Part shown: piece by piece, positions 1 through 13,249 of the stretch
How the letters are laid out: each line of letters opens with the position of its first letter
Numbering within the stretch: the stretch's first letter is position 1
The notes under the pieces: generated by a model
Seen by the model: only the letters and a program-made list of their open reading frames with translations
Databases searched by the model: none
What the model was told of the DNA's origin: nothing
Position numbers and translations under genes: made by a program
NCBI GenBank assembly: GCA_965655095.1
Contig: OZ296656.1
Span: forward strand, 39,866,001 to 39,930,000
Source of the DNA: Haplodiscus bocki
Taxonomy: Eukaryota
Length of the DNA: 64,000 bases
Direction: 5' to 3'

Positions 1-3000
1 ATGGAGCCCATAGAAATCTTCCCAGCAAAAAAGCGCATGGAGAAAGCCCGGAAAAAATTGCACTAAAAAATATTCGGCGACAGAGGGCACTGAAAACGAC
101 CCTCTGAACAATTATTGGAAACCGGCCATGCGAAAGAGTGCACAAGAGATGCCCCTGCGAAAAACCCACGGGAAAATCCCTGCAGAGGAGAGTGCGGAAG
201 AAGCTTCCTGAAAGCGGTCGTGAAAAAAACCCCTGCAAAAAAGCGCGCTGCAGAAACTTCTGCGAAAGAGCGTGCCGAAAAAGCCACTGCGAAGAAGCGC
301 ACAGGAAAAGCTCCTGGGTATGAGCCGATCGATATCTCCACTGCGAAAGAGTGCCAGGGAAAATAGCCCCACGAAAGATAGCACGGTAAAAGCTGCGCGA
401 AAAGGTCCACGGGAAAAGCACATACCAAAAAGAGCACGAAAAAAGACCCTACCAAACAGTGCAGGTAAAAAGTTCCTGCAAAGAATTGCACAGACGAAAC
501 CCTTGCGAAAGAGCGCACAAAAAAAGCCCCCCGCAAATGCTCCCATTGAAGTCTTTCCTGCAAAAAATTGCACGGAGAAAGACCCGGAAAAAATTGAACC
601 AAAAATCCACCCCGCAGAGAGAACACTGTAAACGACCTCGCGAAAGAGTCCATGGAAACCGTCCATGCGGAAGTTTGCGCGGAAGGTGCACCGGGGAATA
701 ACCCATGGGGAAAGCCCTGCAAAGGAGCGTGCCGAAAAAGCTTTGCGAAAGAAGGCGCGGAGAAGAGGCCTTGCACAAAAGCGCAAGGCAAAAACGCCTG
801 CGATAAGGCGCCAGCAAAATTGATCTGCCGGAAAGCTCACGGAGGAAAGCACTGAATAACACGCACGAAGAAGCTCCTGGGAAAGAGGGCACGCAAAAAA
901 CCACTCCAAAGATGCGCACGGATAAAGCTACGGAGGATGAGCCCATGGATACCTCCGTTGCGAAAGAAAGCCCGGGGAAAAAGCCCCCGCAAAAAACCCC
1001 TTGTAGGTTGTTCATGCGAAAATTTTCACGGAAGCTTGCAAAGGAGGTATCCCTTGGGAAAAAGCCCAAGGGAAAAATCGTGCTAAAGATCGCACACAGA
1101 ATGGTTCTGCGGAAAAGTGCGCGGGAGCAACCCTAAAAAAACACACTGAAAAAACCATTGCAAAAGAGCGCACGGAAATGTGCCCTGCAAAGAAACGCAC
1201 GCAAAAAGTTCAGGGGGATGAGCCCATGGATATCTCCGCTGCGAAAGACTGCACGGTAAAACACGCCCCAAGAAGAGCAGAAAAAAGTCCCCCCCCCCGC
1301 AAAAAAAACCCACGGTAAAACGACTTACGAAAAAGTGCACGAAAAAAACCCTTACAAAATACAGCAGATAAAATGTTCCTCCGAAAGAGCGCAGGAAAAA
1401 AAACCCTTGCAAAAAAGTCTCGGAAAAAACTCAGCGATAAAGCGCACGGAAAGAGGCACTGCTAAATAGCGTTCGGAAATAGCCCCAACGAAGGAGCTTA
1501 TGGATATCTGCCTTGCAGAAAAGTGCAGGATAAAAGCTCCACATGAGAGAGTGTAAAAAGACCCTACCAAACAGTGCAAGTAAAAAAATCCTGCATAGAA
1601 TTGCACAGACAAATCCCTTGCGAAAGAGCGCACAAAAAAAGCCCCCCGCAAATGCTCCCATTGAAGTCTCCCCTGCAAATAATTGCACGGAGAAAGACCT
1701 GGAAAAAATTGAACCAAAAATCCACCCCCCAGAGAGAACACTGTAAACGACCTCGCGAAAGAGTCCATGGAAACCGTCCATGCGGAAGTTTGCACGGAAG
1801 ATGCACCGGGGAATAACCCATGGGGAATGCCCTGCAAAAGAGCGTGCCGAAAAAGCTTTGCGAAAGAAGGCGCGGAAAAGAGGCCCTGCACAAAAGCGCA
1901 AGGCAAAAACGCCTGCGATAGGGCGCCAGCAATATTGATCTGCCGGAAAACGCACGGAGGAAAGCACTAAGTAAAACGCACGAGGAAGCTACTGGGAAAG
2001 AGGGCACGCAAAAAACCACTCCAAAGAAGCGCACGGAAAAAGCTACTGAGGATGAGCCCATGGATACCTCCGTCGCGAAAGAAAGCCCGGGGAAACAGCC
2101 TCGCAAGAGATAACACGGAAAAAGCCCCCGCAAAAGAACCCTTGTAAGTTGTCCATGCGAAACAGTTCACGGAAGGTATCCCCAAGAAAGAGTCCATGGT
2201 AAACGCACTGCGAAAATACGTACCAAACAAGCCCCAGCAAAAGAACCCAGGGAAGTCTCATGCAAAAATATGCACGGAGGAGGCCCCGGAAAAAATGCAC
2301 CAAAAAGTTACCCTCCGGAGAGTGCACTGAAAACGATCCCGCAAAAAATTCGATTGAAACCGTCAATGCGAAAGATTGCAAAGGAGGTATCCCTTGGGAA
2401 AAAGCCCAAGGGAAAAATCGTGCTAAAGATCGCACACAGAATGGTTCTGCGGAAAAGTGCACGGGAGCAACCCTAAAAAAACACACTGAAAAAACCATTG
2501 CAAAAGAGCGCACGGAAATGTGCCCTGCAAAGAAACGCACGCAAAAAGTTCAGGGGGATGAGCCCATGGATATCTCCGCTGCGAAAGACTGCACGGTAAA
2601 ACACGCCCCAAGAAGAGCAGAAAAAAGTCCCCCCCCCCCCGCAAAAAAAACCCACGGTAAAACGACTTACGAAAAAGTGCACGAAAAAAACCCTTACAAA
2701 ATACAGCAGATAAAATGTTCCTCCGAAAGAGCGCAGGAAAAAAAACCCTTGCAAAAAAGTCTCGGAAAAAACTCAGCGATAAAGCGCACGGAAAGAGGCA
2801 CTGCTAATTTTTGTTCACAAATAGCCCCCACGAAGGAGCTTATGGATATCTCCATTGCAGAAAAGTGCAGGATAAAAGCTCCACATGAGAGAGTGTACCG
2901 AAAAAGCCCCCGCGATGTAGCCCATAGAAATCTTCCCAGCAAAAAAGCGCACGGAGAAAGCCCGGAAAATATTGCACTAAAAAATATTCGGCGACAGAGG

Positions 3001-4380
3001 GCACTGAAAACGACCCTCCGAACAATTATTGGAAACCGTCCATGCAAAAGAGAGCACAAGAGATGCCCCTGCGAAAAACCCACGGGAAAATCCCTGCAGA
3101 GGAGAGTGCGGAAGAAGCTTTCTGAAAACGGTCGTGAAAAAAACCCCTGCAAAAAAGCGCGCTGCAAAAACTTCTGCGAAAGAGCGTGCCGAAAAAGCCA
3201 CTGCGAAGAAGCGCACAGGAAAAGCTGCTGGGTATGAGCCGATCGATATCTCCACTGCGAAAGAGTGCCAGGGAAAATAGCCCCACGAAAGATAGCACGG
3301 TAAAAGCTGCGCGAAAAGGTCCACGGGAAAAGCACATACCAAAAAGAGCACGAAAAAAGACCCTACCAAACAGTGCAGGTAAAAAGTTCCTGCAAAGAAT
3401 TGCACAGACGAAACCCTTGCGAAAGAGCGCACAAAAAAACGCCCCCCGCAAATGCTCCCATTGAAGTCTTTCCTGCAAAAAATTGCACGGAGAAAGACCC
3501 GGAAAAAATTGAACTAAAAATCCACCCCCCAGAGAGAACACTGTAAACGACCTCGCGAAAGAGTCCATGGAAACCGTCCATGCGGAAGTTTGCGCGGAAG
3601 AAGCACCGGGGAATAACCCATGGGGAAAGCCCTGCAAAAGGGCGTGCCGAAAAAGCTTTGCGAAAGAAGGCGCGGAAAAAAGGCCTTGCACAAAAGCGCA
3701 AGGCAAAAACGCCTGCGATAAGGCGCCAGCAAAATTGATCTGCCGGAAAGCTCACGGAGGAAAGCACTGAATAACACGCACGAAGAAGCTCCTGGGAAAG
3801 ACGGCACGCAAAAAACCACTCCAAAGATGCGCACGGATAAAGCTACGGAGGATGAGCCCATGGATACCTCCGTTGCGAAAGAAAGCCCGGGGAAAAAGCC
3901 CCCGCAAAAAACCCCTTGTAGGTTGTTCATGCGAAAATTTTCACGGAAGCTTGCAAAGGAGGTATCCCTTGGGAAAAAGCCCAAGGGAAAAATCGTGCTA
4001 AAGATCGCACACAGAATGGTTCTGCGGAAAAGTGCACGGGAGCAACCCTAAAAAAACACACTGAAAAAACCATTGCAAAAGAGCGCACGGAAATGTGCCC
4101 TGCAAAGAAACGCACGCAAAAAGTTCAGGGGGATGAGCCCATGGATATCTCCGCTGCGAAAGACTGCACGGTAAAACACGCCCCAAGAAGAGCAGAAAAA
4201 AGTCCCCCCCCCCCGCAAAAAAAACCCACGGTAAAACGACTTACGAAAAAGTGCACGAAAAAAACCCTTACAAAATACAGCAGATAAAATGTTCCTCCGA
4301 AAGAGCGCAGGAAAAAAAACCCTTGCAAAAAAGTCTCGGAAAAAACTCAGCGATAAAGCGCACGGAAAGAGGCACTGCTA
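1..4380 (+). repeat. Direct repeat at ~2914-2915 bp offset (1-~1465 repeated at ~2915-4380)
   Basis: Matching ORFs at 115/3029, 652/3567, 912/3827 and 1012/3927. Both copies share private 26-bp and 199-bp deletions. Confidence 0.85.
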
Positions 4381-4806
4381 ATTTTTGTTCAGAAATAGAC
4401 CCCACGAAGGAGCTTATGGATATCTCCATTGCAGAAAAGTGCAGGATAAAAGCTCCACATGAGAGAGTGTACCGAAAAAGCCCCCGCGATGTAGCCCATA
4501 GAAATCTTCCCAGCAAAAAAGCGCACGGAGAAAGCCCGGAAAAAATTGCACTAAAAAATATTCGGCGACAGAGGGCACTGAAAACGACCCTCCGAACAAT
4601 TATTGGAAACCGTCCATGCAAAAGAGAGCACAAGAGATGCCCCTGCGAAAAACCCACGGGAAAATCCCTGCAGAGGAGAGTTTGGAAGAAGCTTTCTGGA
4701 AGCGGTCGTGAAAAAAACCCTGTAAAAAAGCGCGCTGCAAAAACTTCTGCGAAAGAGCGTGCCGAAAAAGCCACTGCGAAGAAGCGCACAGGAAAAGCTG
4801 CTGGGT

Positions 4807-7050
4807 ATGAGCCGATCGATATCTCCACTGCGAAAGAGTGCCAGGGAAAACAGCCCCACGAAAGAGAGCACGGTAAAAGCTGCGCGAAAAGTTCCACGGG
4901 AAAAGCACATACAAAAAAGAGCACGAAAAAAGACCTTACCAAACAGTGCAGGTAAAAAGTTCCGGCAGAGAATTGCACAGACGAAACCCTTGCGAAAGAG
5001 CGCACAAAAAAGCCCCCCCCCAAATGCTCCCATTGAAGTCTCCCCTGCAAAAAATTGCACGCAGAAAGACCCGGAATAATTGAACCAAAAATCCACCCCC
5101 CAGAGAGAACACTGTAAACGACCTCGCGAAAGAGTCCATGGAAACCGTCCATGCGGAAGTTTGCACGGAAGATGCACCAGGGAATAACCCATGGGGAAAG
5201 CCCTGCAAAAGAGCGTGCCGAAAAAGCTTTGCGAAAGAAGGCGCGGAAAAGAGGCCTTGCACAAAAGCGCAAGGCAAAAACGCCTGCGATAAGGCGCCAG
5301 CAAAATTGATCTGCCGGAAAGCGCACGGAATAAAGCACTAAGTAAAACGCACGAAGAAGCTCCTGGGAAAGAGGGCACGCAAAAAACCACTCCAAAGAAG
5401 CGCACGGAAAAAGCTACTGAGGATGAGCCCATGGATACCTCCGTCGCGAAAGAAAGCCCGGGGAAACAGCCTCGCAAGAGATAGCACGGAAAAAGCCCCC
5501 GCAAAAAACCCCTTGTAAGTTGTCCATGCGAAACAGTTCACGGAAGGTATCCCCAAGAAAGAGTCCATGGTAAACGCACTGCGAAAAAACTTACCAAACA
5601 AGCCCCAGCAAAAGAACCCAGGGAAGTCTCATGCAAAAATATGCACGGAGGAGGCCCCGGAAAAAATGCACCAAAATAATACCCTCCGGAGAGTGCACTG
5701 AAAAGGATCCCGCAAAAAATTCGATTGAAACCGTCAATGCGAAAGATTGCAAAGGAGGTACCCCTTGGGGAAAAGCCCAAGGGAATAATCGTGCTAAAGA
5801 GCGCACACAGAATGGTTCTGTGGAAAAGTGCACGGGAGCAACCCTAAAAAAACGCACTGAAAGAACCACTGCAAAAGAGCGCACGGAAATGTGCCCTGCA
5901 AAGAAACGCACGCAAAAGGTTCAAGGGGATGAGCCGATCGATATCTCCACTGCGAAAGAGTGCCAGGGAAAACAGCCCTACGAAAGAGAGCACGGTAAAA
6001 GCTGCGCGAAAAGGTCCACGGGAAAAGCACATACAAAAAAGAGCACGAAAAAAGACCTTACCAAACAGTGCAGGTAAAAAGTTCCGGCAGAGAATTGCAC
6101 AGACGAAACCCTTGCGAAAGAGCGCACAAAAAAGCCCCCCCCCAAATGCTCCCATTGAAGTCTCCCCTGCAAAAAATTGCACGCAGAAAGACCCGGAATA
6201 ATTGAACCAAAAATCCACCCCCCAGAGAGAACACTGTAAACGACCTCGCGAAAGAGTCCATGGAAACCGTCCATGCGGAAGTTTGCACGGAAGACGCACC
6301 AGGGAATAACCCATGGGGAAAGCCCTGCAAAAGAGCGTGCCGAAAAAGCTTTGCGAAAGAAGGCGCGGAAAAGAGGCCTTGCACAAAAGCGCAAGGCAAA
6401 AACGCCTGCGATAAGGCGCCAGCAAAATTGATCTGCCGGAAAGCGCACGGAATAAAGCACTAAGTAAAACGCACGAAGAAGCTCCTGGGAAAGAGGGCAC
6501 GCAAAAAACCACTCCAAAGAAGCGCACGGAAAAAGCTACTGAGGATGAGCCCATGGATACCTCCGTCGCGAAAGAAAGCCCGGGGAAACAGCCTCGCAAG
6601 AGATAGCACGGAAAAAGCCCCCGCAAAAAACCCCTTGTAAGTTGTCCATGCGAAACAGTTCACGGAAGGTATCCCCAAGAAAGAGTCCATGGTAAACGCA
6701 CTGCGAAAAAACTTACCAAACAAGCCCCAGCAAAAGAACCCAGGGAAGTCTCATGCAAAAATATGCACGGAGGAGGCCCCGGAAAAAATGCACCAAAATA
6801 ATACCCTCCGGAGAGTGCACTGAAAACGATGCCGCAAAAAATTCGATTGAAATCGTCAATGCGAAAGATTGTAAAGGAGGTACCCCTTGGGGAAAAGCCC
6901 AAGGGAATAATCGTGCTAAAGAGCGCACACAGAATGGTTCTGTGGAAAAGTGCACGGGAGCAACCCTAAAAAAACGCACTGAAAGAACCACTGCAAAAGA
7001 GCGCACGGAAATGTGCCCTGCAAAGAAACGCACGCAAAAGGTTCAAGGGG
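4807..7050 (+). repeat. Tandem duplication, 2 x 1122 bp
   Basis: ATGAGCC at 4807, 5929 and 7051. Near-identical ORFs at 4936/6058, 5138/6260, 5338/6460 and 5631/6753. Confidence 0.92.
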
Positions 7051-7329
7051 ATGAGCCCATGGATATCTCCGCTGCAAAAGACTGCACGGTAAAACACGCC
7101 CCAAGAAGAGCAGAAAAAAATCCCCCCGCAAAAAAAACCCACGGTAAAACCACTTGCGAAAATGTGCACGAAAAAAAACCCCTACGAATGACAGCAGATA
7201 AAATGTTCCTGCGAAAGAGCGCAGGAAAAAAAGCCCCCACAAACAACCCCTTGTAAGTTGTCCATGCGAAACTGTTCACGGAAGATATCCCCAAGGAAGA
7301 GCCCATGTTAAACGCACTGCGAAAAAACG

Positions 7330-10300
7330 TACCAAACAAGCCCCAGCGAAAGAGCCCAGGGAAGTCTCATGCAAAAATATGCACGGAGGAGGCCCCGGGA
7401 AAAATGCGCCAATAAGTTACCCTCCGGATAGTGCACTGAAAACGATCCTGCGAAAAATTCAATTGAAACCGTCCATGCGAAAGATTGCAAAGGAGGTACC
7501 CCTTGGGAAAAAGCGCAAGGGAAAAATCGTGCTAAAGGGCGCACACAGAATGGTTCTGTGGAAAACTGCACGGGAGCAACCCTAAAAAATGCACTGAAAA
7601 AACCACTGCCAAAGAGCGCACGGAAATGTGCCCTGCAAACAAAAGCACGCAAAAAGTTCAAGGAATGAGCCCACGGATATCTCCGCTGCGAAAAACTGCA
7701 CGGTAAAACACACCCCAGGAAGAGCAGAAAAAAATCTCCCCGCAAAAGAACCCACGGTAAAACCACTTGCGAAAAAGTGCACGAAAAAAAACCCCTACGA
7801 AAGACAGCAGATAAAATGTTCCTGCGAAAGAGCGCAGGAAAAAAAACCCTCGCAAAAAAGTCTGGGAAATAACTCAGCAAAAAAGCGCACGGAAAGAGGC
7901 ACTGCTAAATAGCGTTCGGAAATAGCCCCAACGAAGGAGCTTATGGATATCTGCCTTGCAGAAAAGTGCAGGATAAAAGCTCCACATGAGAGAGTGTAAA
8001 AAGACCCTACCAAACAGTGCAAGTAAAAAAATCCTGCATAGAATTGCACAGACGAATCCCTTGCGAAAGAGCGCACAAAAAAAGCCCCCCGCAAATGCTC
8101 CCATTGAAGTCTCCCCTGCAAACAATTGCACGGAGAAAGACCCGGAAAAAATTGAACCAAAAATCCACCCCCCAGAGAGAACACTGTAAACGACCTCGCG
8201 AAAGAGTCCATGGAAACCGTCCATGCGGAAGTTTGCACGGAAGATGCACCGGGGAATAACCCATGGGGAAAGCCCTGCAAAAGAGCGTGCCGAAAAAGCT
8301 TTGCGAAAGAAGGCGCGGAAAAGAGGCCCTGCACAAAAGCGCAAGGCAAAAACGCCTGCGAAAGGGCGCCAGCAATATTGATCTGCCGGAAAACGCACGG
8401 AGGAAAGCACTAAGTAAAACGCACGAGGAAGCTACTGGGAAAGAGGGCACGCAAAAAACCACTCCAAAGAAGCGCACGGAAAAAGCTACTGAGGATGAGC
8501 CCATGGATACCTCCGTCGCGAAAGAAAGCCCGGGGAAACAGCCTCGCAAGAGATAGCACGGAAAAAGCCCCCGCAAAAGAACCCTTGTAAGTTGTCCATG
8601 CGAAACAGTTCACGGAAGGTATCCCCAAGAAAGAGTCCATGGTAAACGCACTGCGAAAAAACGTACCAAACAAGCCCCAGCAAAAGAACCTAGGGAAGTC
8701 TCATGCAAAAATATGCACGGAGGAGGCCCCGGAAAAAATGCACCAAAAAGTTACCCTCCGGAGAGTGCACTGAAAACGATCCCGCAAAAAATTCGATTGA
8801 AACCGTCCATGCGAAAGATTGCAAAGGAGGTACCCCTTGGGAAAAAGCGCAAGGGAAAAATCGTGCTAAAGGGCGCACACAGAATGGTTCTGTGGAAAAC
8901 TGCACGGGAGCAACCCTAAAAAAATGCACTGAAAAAACCACTGCCAAAGAGGGCACGGAAATGTGCCCTGCAAACAAAAGCACGCAAAAAGTTCAACGAT
9001 TGAGCCCACGGATATCTCCGCTGCGAAAAACTGCACGGTAAAAAACACCCCAGGAAGAGCAGAAAAAAATCTCCCCGCAAAAGAACCCACGGTAAAACCA
9101 CTTGCGAAAAAGTGCACGAAAAAAAACCCCTACGAAAGAGAGCAGATGAAATGATCCTGCGAAAGAGCGCAGGAAAAAAAACCCTTGCAAAAAAGTCTGT
9201 GAAATAACTCAGCAATAAAGCGCACGGAAAGAGGCACTGCTAAATAGCGTTCGGAAATAGCCCCAACGAAGGAGCTTATGGATATCTGCCTTGCAGAAAA
9301 GTGCAGGATAAAAGCTCCACATGAGAGAGTGTAAAAAGACCCTACCAAACAGTGCAAGTAAAAAAATCCTGCATAGAATTGCACAGACGAATCCCTTGCG
9401 AAAGAGCGCACAAAAAAAGCCCCCCGCAAATGCTCCCATTGAAGTCTCCCCTGCAAACAATTGCACGGAGAAAGACCCGGAAAAAATTGAACCAAAAATC
9501 CACCCCCCAGAGAGAACACTGTAAACGACCTCGCGAAAGAGTCCATGGAAACCGTCCATGCGGAAGTTTGCACGGAAGATGCACCGGGGAATAACCCATG
9601 GGGAAAGCCCTGCAAAAGAGCGTGCCGAAAAAGCTTTGCGAAAGAAGGCGCGGAAAAGAGGCCCTGCACAAAAGCGCAAGGCAAAAACGCCTGCGAAAGG
9701 GCGCCAGCAATATTGATCTGCCGGAAAACGCACGGAGGAAAGCACTAAGTAAAACGCACGAGGAAGCTACTGGGAAAGAGGGCACGCAAAAAACCACTCC
9801 AAAGAAGCGCACGGAAAAAGCTACTGAGGATGAGCCCATGGATACCTCCGTCGCGAAAGAAAGCCCGGGGAAACAGCCTCGCAAGAGATAGCACGGAAAA
9901 AGCCCCCGCAAAAGAACCCTTGTAAGTTGTCCATGCGAAACAGTTCACGGAAGGTATCCCCAAGAAAGAGTCCATGGTAAACGCACTGCGAAAAAACGTA
10001 CCAAACAAGCCCCAGCAAAAGAACCTAGGGAAGTCTCATGCAAAAATATGCACGGAGGAGGCCCCGGAAAAAATGCACCAAAAAGTTACCCTCCGGAGAG
10101 TGCACTGAAAACGATCCCGCAAAAAATTCGATTGAAACCGTCCATGCGAAAGATTGCAAAGGAGGTACCCCTTGGGAAAAAGCGCAAGGGAAAAATCGTG
10201 CTAAAGGGCGCACACAGAATGGTTCTGTGGAAAACTGCACGGGAGCAACCCTAAAAAAATGCACTGAAAAAACCACTGCCAAAGAGGGCACGGAAATGTG

Positions 10301-10660
10301 CCCTGCAAACAAAAGCACGCAAAAAGTTCAACGATTGAGCCCACGGATATCTCCGCTGCGAAAAACTGCACGGTAAAAAACACCCCAGGAAGAGCAGAAA
10401 AAAATCTCCCCGCAAAAGAACCCACGGTAAAACCACTTGCGAAAAAGTGCACGAAAAAAAACCCCTACGAAAGAGAGCAGATGAAATGATCCTGCGAAAG
10501 AGCGCAGGAAAAAAAACCCTTGCAAAAAAGTCTGTGAAATAACTCAGCAATAAAGCGCACGGAAAGAGGCACTGCTAAATAGCGTTCGGAAATAGCCCCA
10601 ACGAAGGAGCTTATGGATATCTCCCTTGCAGAAAAGTGCAGGATAAAAGCTCCACATGAG
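7330..10660 (+). repeat. 1335-bp HOR, ~2.5 copies
   Basis: ORF offsets 7795/9130, 8210/9545, 8703/10038 and 8963/10298 are all 1335. Boundaries are approximate. Confidence 0.9.
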
Positions 10661-13249
10661 AAAGTGTACCGAAAAAGCCCCCGCGATGGAGCCCATAGAA
10701 ATCTTCCCAGCAAAAAAGCGCACGGAGAAAGCCCGGAAAAAATTGCACTAAAAAATATTCGGCGACAGAGGGCACTGAAAACGACCCTCCGAACAAATAT
10801 TGGAAACCGTCCATGCAAAAGGGAGCACAAGAGATGCCCCTGCGAAAAGCCCACGGGAAAATCCCTGCAGAGGAGAGTGCGGAAGAAGCTTTCTGAAATC
10901 GGTCGTGAAAAATGCCCCTGAAAAAAAGTGCGCTGCAAAAACTTCTGCGAAAGAGCGTGCCGAAAAAGCCACTGCGAAGAAGCGCACAGGAAAAGCTGCT
11001 GGGTATGAGCCGATCGATATCTCCACTGCGAAAGAGTGCCAGGGAAAAGAGCCCCACGAAAGAGAGCACGGTAAAAGCTGCGCGAAAAGTTCCACGGGAA
11101 AAGCACATACAAAAAAGAGCACGAAAAAAGACCCTACCAAACAGTGCAGGTAAAAAGTTCCTGCAGAGAATTGCACAGACGAAACCCTTTCGAAAGAGCG
11201 CACAAAAAAGCCCCCCGCAAATGCTCCCATTGAAGTCTCCCCTGCAAAAAAATGCACGGAGAAAGACCCGTAATAAATTGAACCAAAAATCCACCCTCGA
11301 GAGAGAGCACTGTAAACGACACCGCGAAAGAGTCCATGGAAACCGTCCGTGCGGAAGTTTGCACGGACGATGCACCGGGGAAAAACCCATGGGAAAAGCC
11401 CTGCAAAAGAGCGTGCCAAAAAAGCTTTGCGAAAGAAGGCGCGGAAAAGAGGCCCTGCACAAAAGCGCAAGGCAAAAACGCCTGCGATAGGGCGCCAGCA
11501 AAATTGATCTGCCGGAAAACGCACGGAGGAAAGCACTAAGTAAAACACACGAAGAAGCTCCTGGGAAAGAGGGCACGCAAAAAACCACTCCAAAGAAGCG
11601 CACGGAAAAAGCTCCTGAGGATGAGTGCAGAGATGCCTCCGCTGCGAAAGAAAGCCCGGGGAAACAGCCTCGCAACAGATAACACGGAAAAAGCCCCCGC
11701 AAAAAACCCCTTGTAAGTTGCCCATGCGAAACAGTTCACGGAAGATATCCCCAAGAAAGAGCCAGTGGTAAACGCCCTGCGAAAAAACGTACCAAAAAAG
11801 CCCCAGCGAAAGAGCCCAGGGAAGTCTCACATGCAAAAAGATGCACGGAGGAGGCCCCGGAAAAAATGCACCAAAAAGTTACCCTCCGGATAGTGCACTG
11901 AAAACGATCCTGCGAAAAATTCGATTGAAACGGTCAATGCGAAAGACTGCATAGGAGGTACCCCTTGGGAAAAAGCCCAAGGAAAAATCGTGCTAAAGAG
12001 CGCACACAGAAAGGTTCTGTGGGAAAGTGCACGGGAGCAACCCTAAAAAAACGCACTGAAAAAACCATTGCGAAAAGGGCGCACGGAAATGTGCCCTGCA
12101 AAGAAACGCACGCAAAAAGTTCAGGGGGATGAGCCCATGGATATCTCCACTGCGAAAGACTGCACGGTAAAACACGCCCCAAGAAGAGCAGAAAAAGTCC
12201 CCCCCGCAAAAAAAACCCACGGTAAAAACACTTACGAAAAAGAGCACGAAAAAAACCCCTACGAAAGACAGCAGATAAAATGTTCCTTCGAAAGAGCGCA
12301 GGAAAAAAAACCCTCGCAAAAAAGTCTCGGAGAAAACTCAGCGATAAAGCGCACGGAAAGAGGCACTGCTAATTATCGTTCGGAAATAGCCCCCACGAAG
12401 GAGCTTATGGATATCTCAGTTGCAGAAAAGTGGAGGATAAAAGCTCCACATGAGAGAGTGTACCGAAAAAGCCCCCGCGATGTAGCCCATAGAAATCTTC
12501 CCAGCAAAAAAGCGCACGGAGAAAGCCCGGAAAAAATTGCACTAAAAAATATTCGGCGACAGAGGGCACTGAAAACGACCCTCCGAACAATTATTGGAAA
12601 CCGTCCATGCAAAAGAGAGCACAAGAGATGCCCCTGCGAAAAACCCACGGGAAAATCCCTGCAGAGGAGAGTTTGGAAGAAGCTTTCTGGAAGCGGTCGT
12701 GAAAAAAACCCTGTAAAAAAGCGCGCTGCAAAAACTTCTGCGAAAGAGCGTGCCGAAAAAGCCACTGCGAAGAAGCGCACAGGAAAAGCTGCTGGGTATG
12801 AGCCGATCGATATCTCCACTGCGAAAGAGTGCCAGGGAAACAGCCCCACGAAAGAGAGCACGGTAAAAGCTGCGCGAAAAGTTCCACGGGAAAAGCACAT
12901 ACAAAAAAGAGCACGAAAAAAGACCCTACCAAACAGTGCAGGTAAAAAGTTCCTGCATAGAATTGCACAGACGAAACCCTTGCGAAAGAGCGCACAAAAA
13001 AGCCCCCCCAAATGCTCCCATTGAAGTCTCCCCTGCAAAAAATTGCACGCAGAAAGACCCGGAATAATTGAACCAAAAATCCATCCCCCAGAGAGAACAC
13101 TGTAAACGACCTCGCGAAAGAGTCCATGGAAACCGTCCATGCGGAAGTTTGCACGGAAGATGCACCAGGGAATAACCCATGGGGAAAGCCCTGCAAAAGA
13201 GCGTGCCGAAAAAGCTTTGCGAAAGAAGGCGCGGAAAAGAGGCCCTGCA

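Noticed and set aside
1288-1308. Variable C-run/A-run (also ~2629, ~4204) as a phase-variation tract or G-quadruplex
   Set aside because: There is no gene to switch. Homopolymer length variation is expected from slippage or sequencing error, and the runs are isolated.
2260-3237. Lys/Arg-rich + strand ORFs resembling histone H1 or protamine (also 12068-13024)
   Set aside because: There is no globular H1 or histone-fold domain. The peptide drifts between the three repeat registers, and paralogous copies do not preserve the frame.
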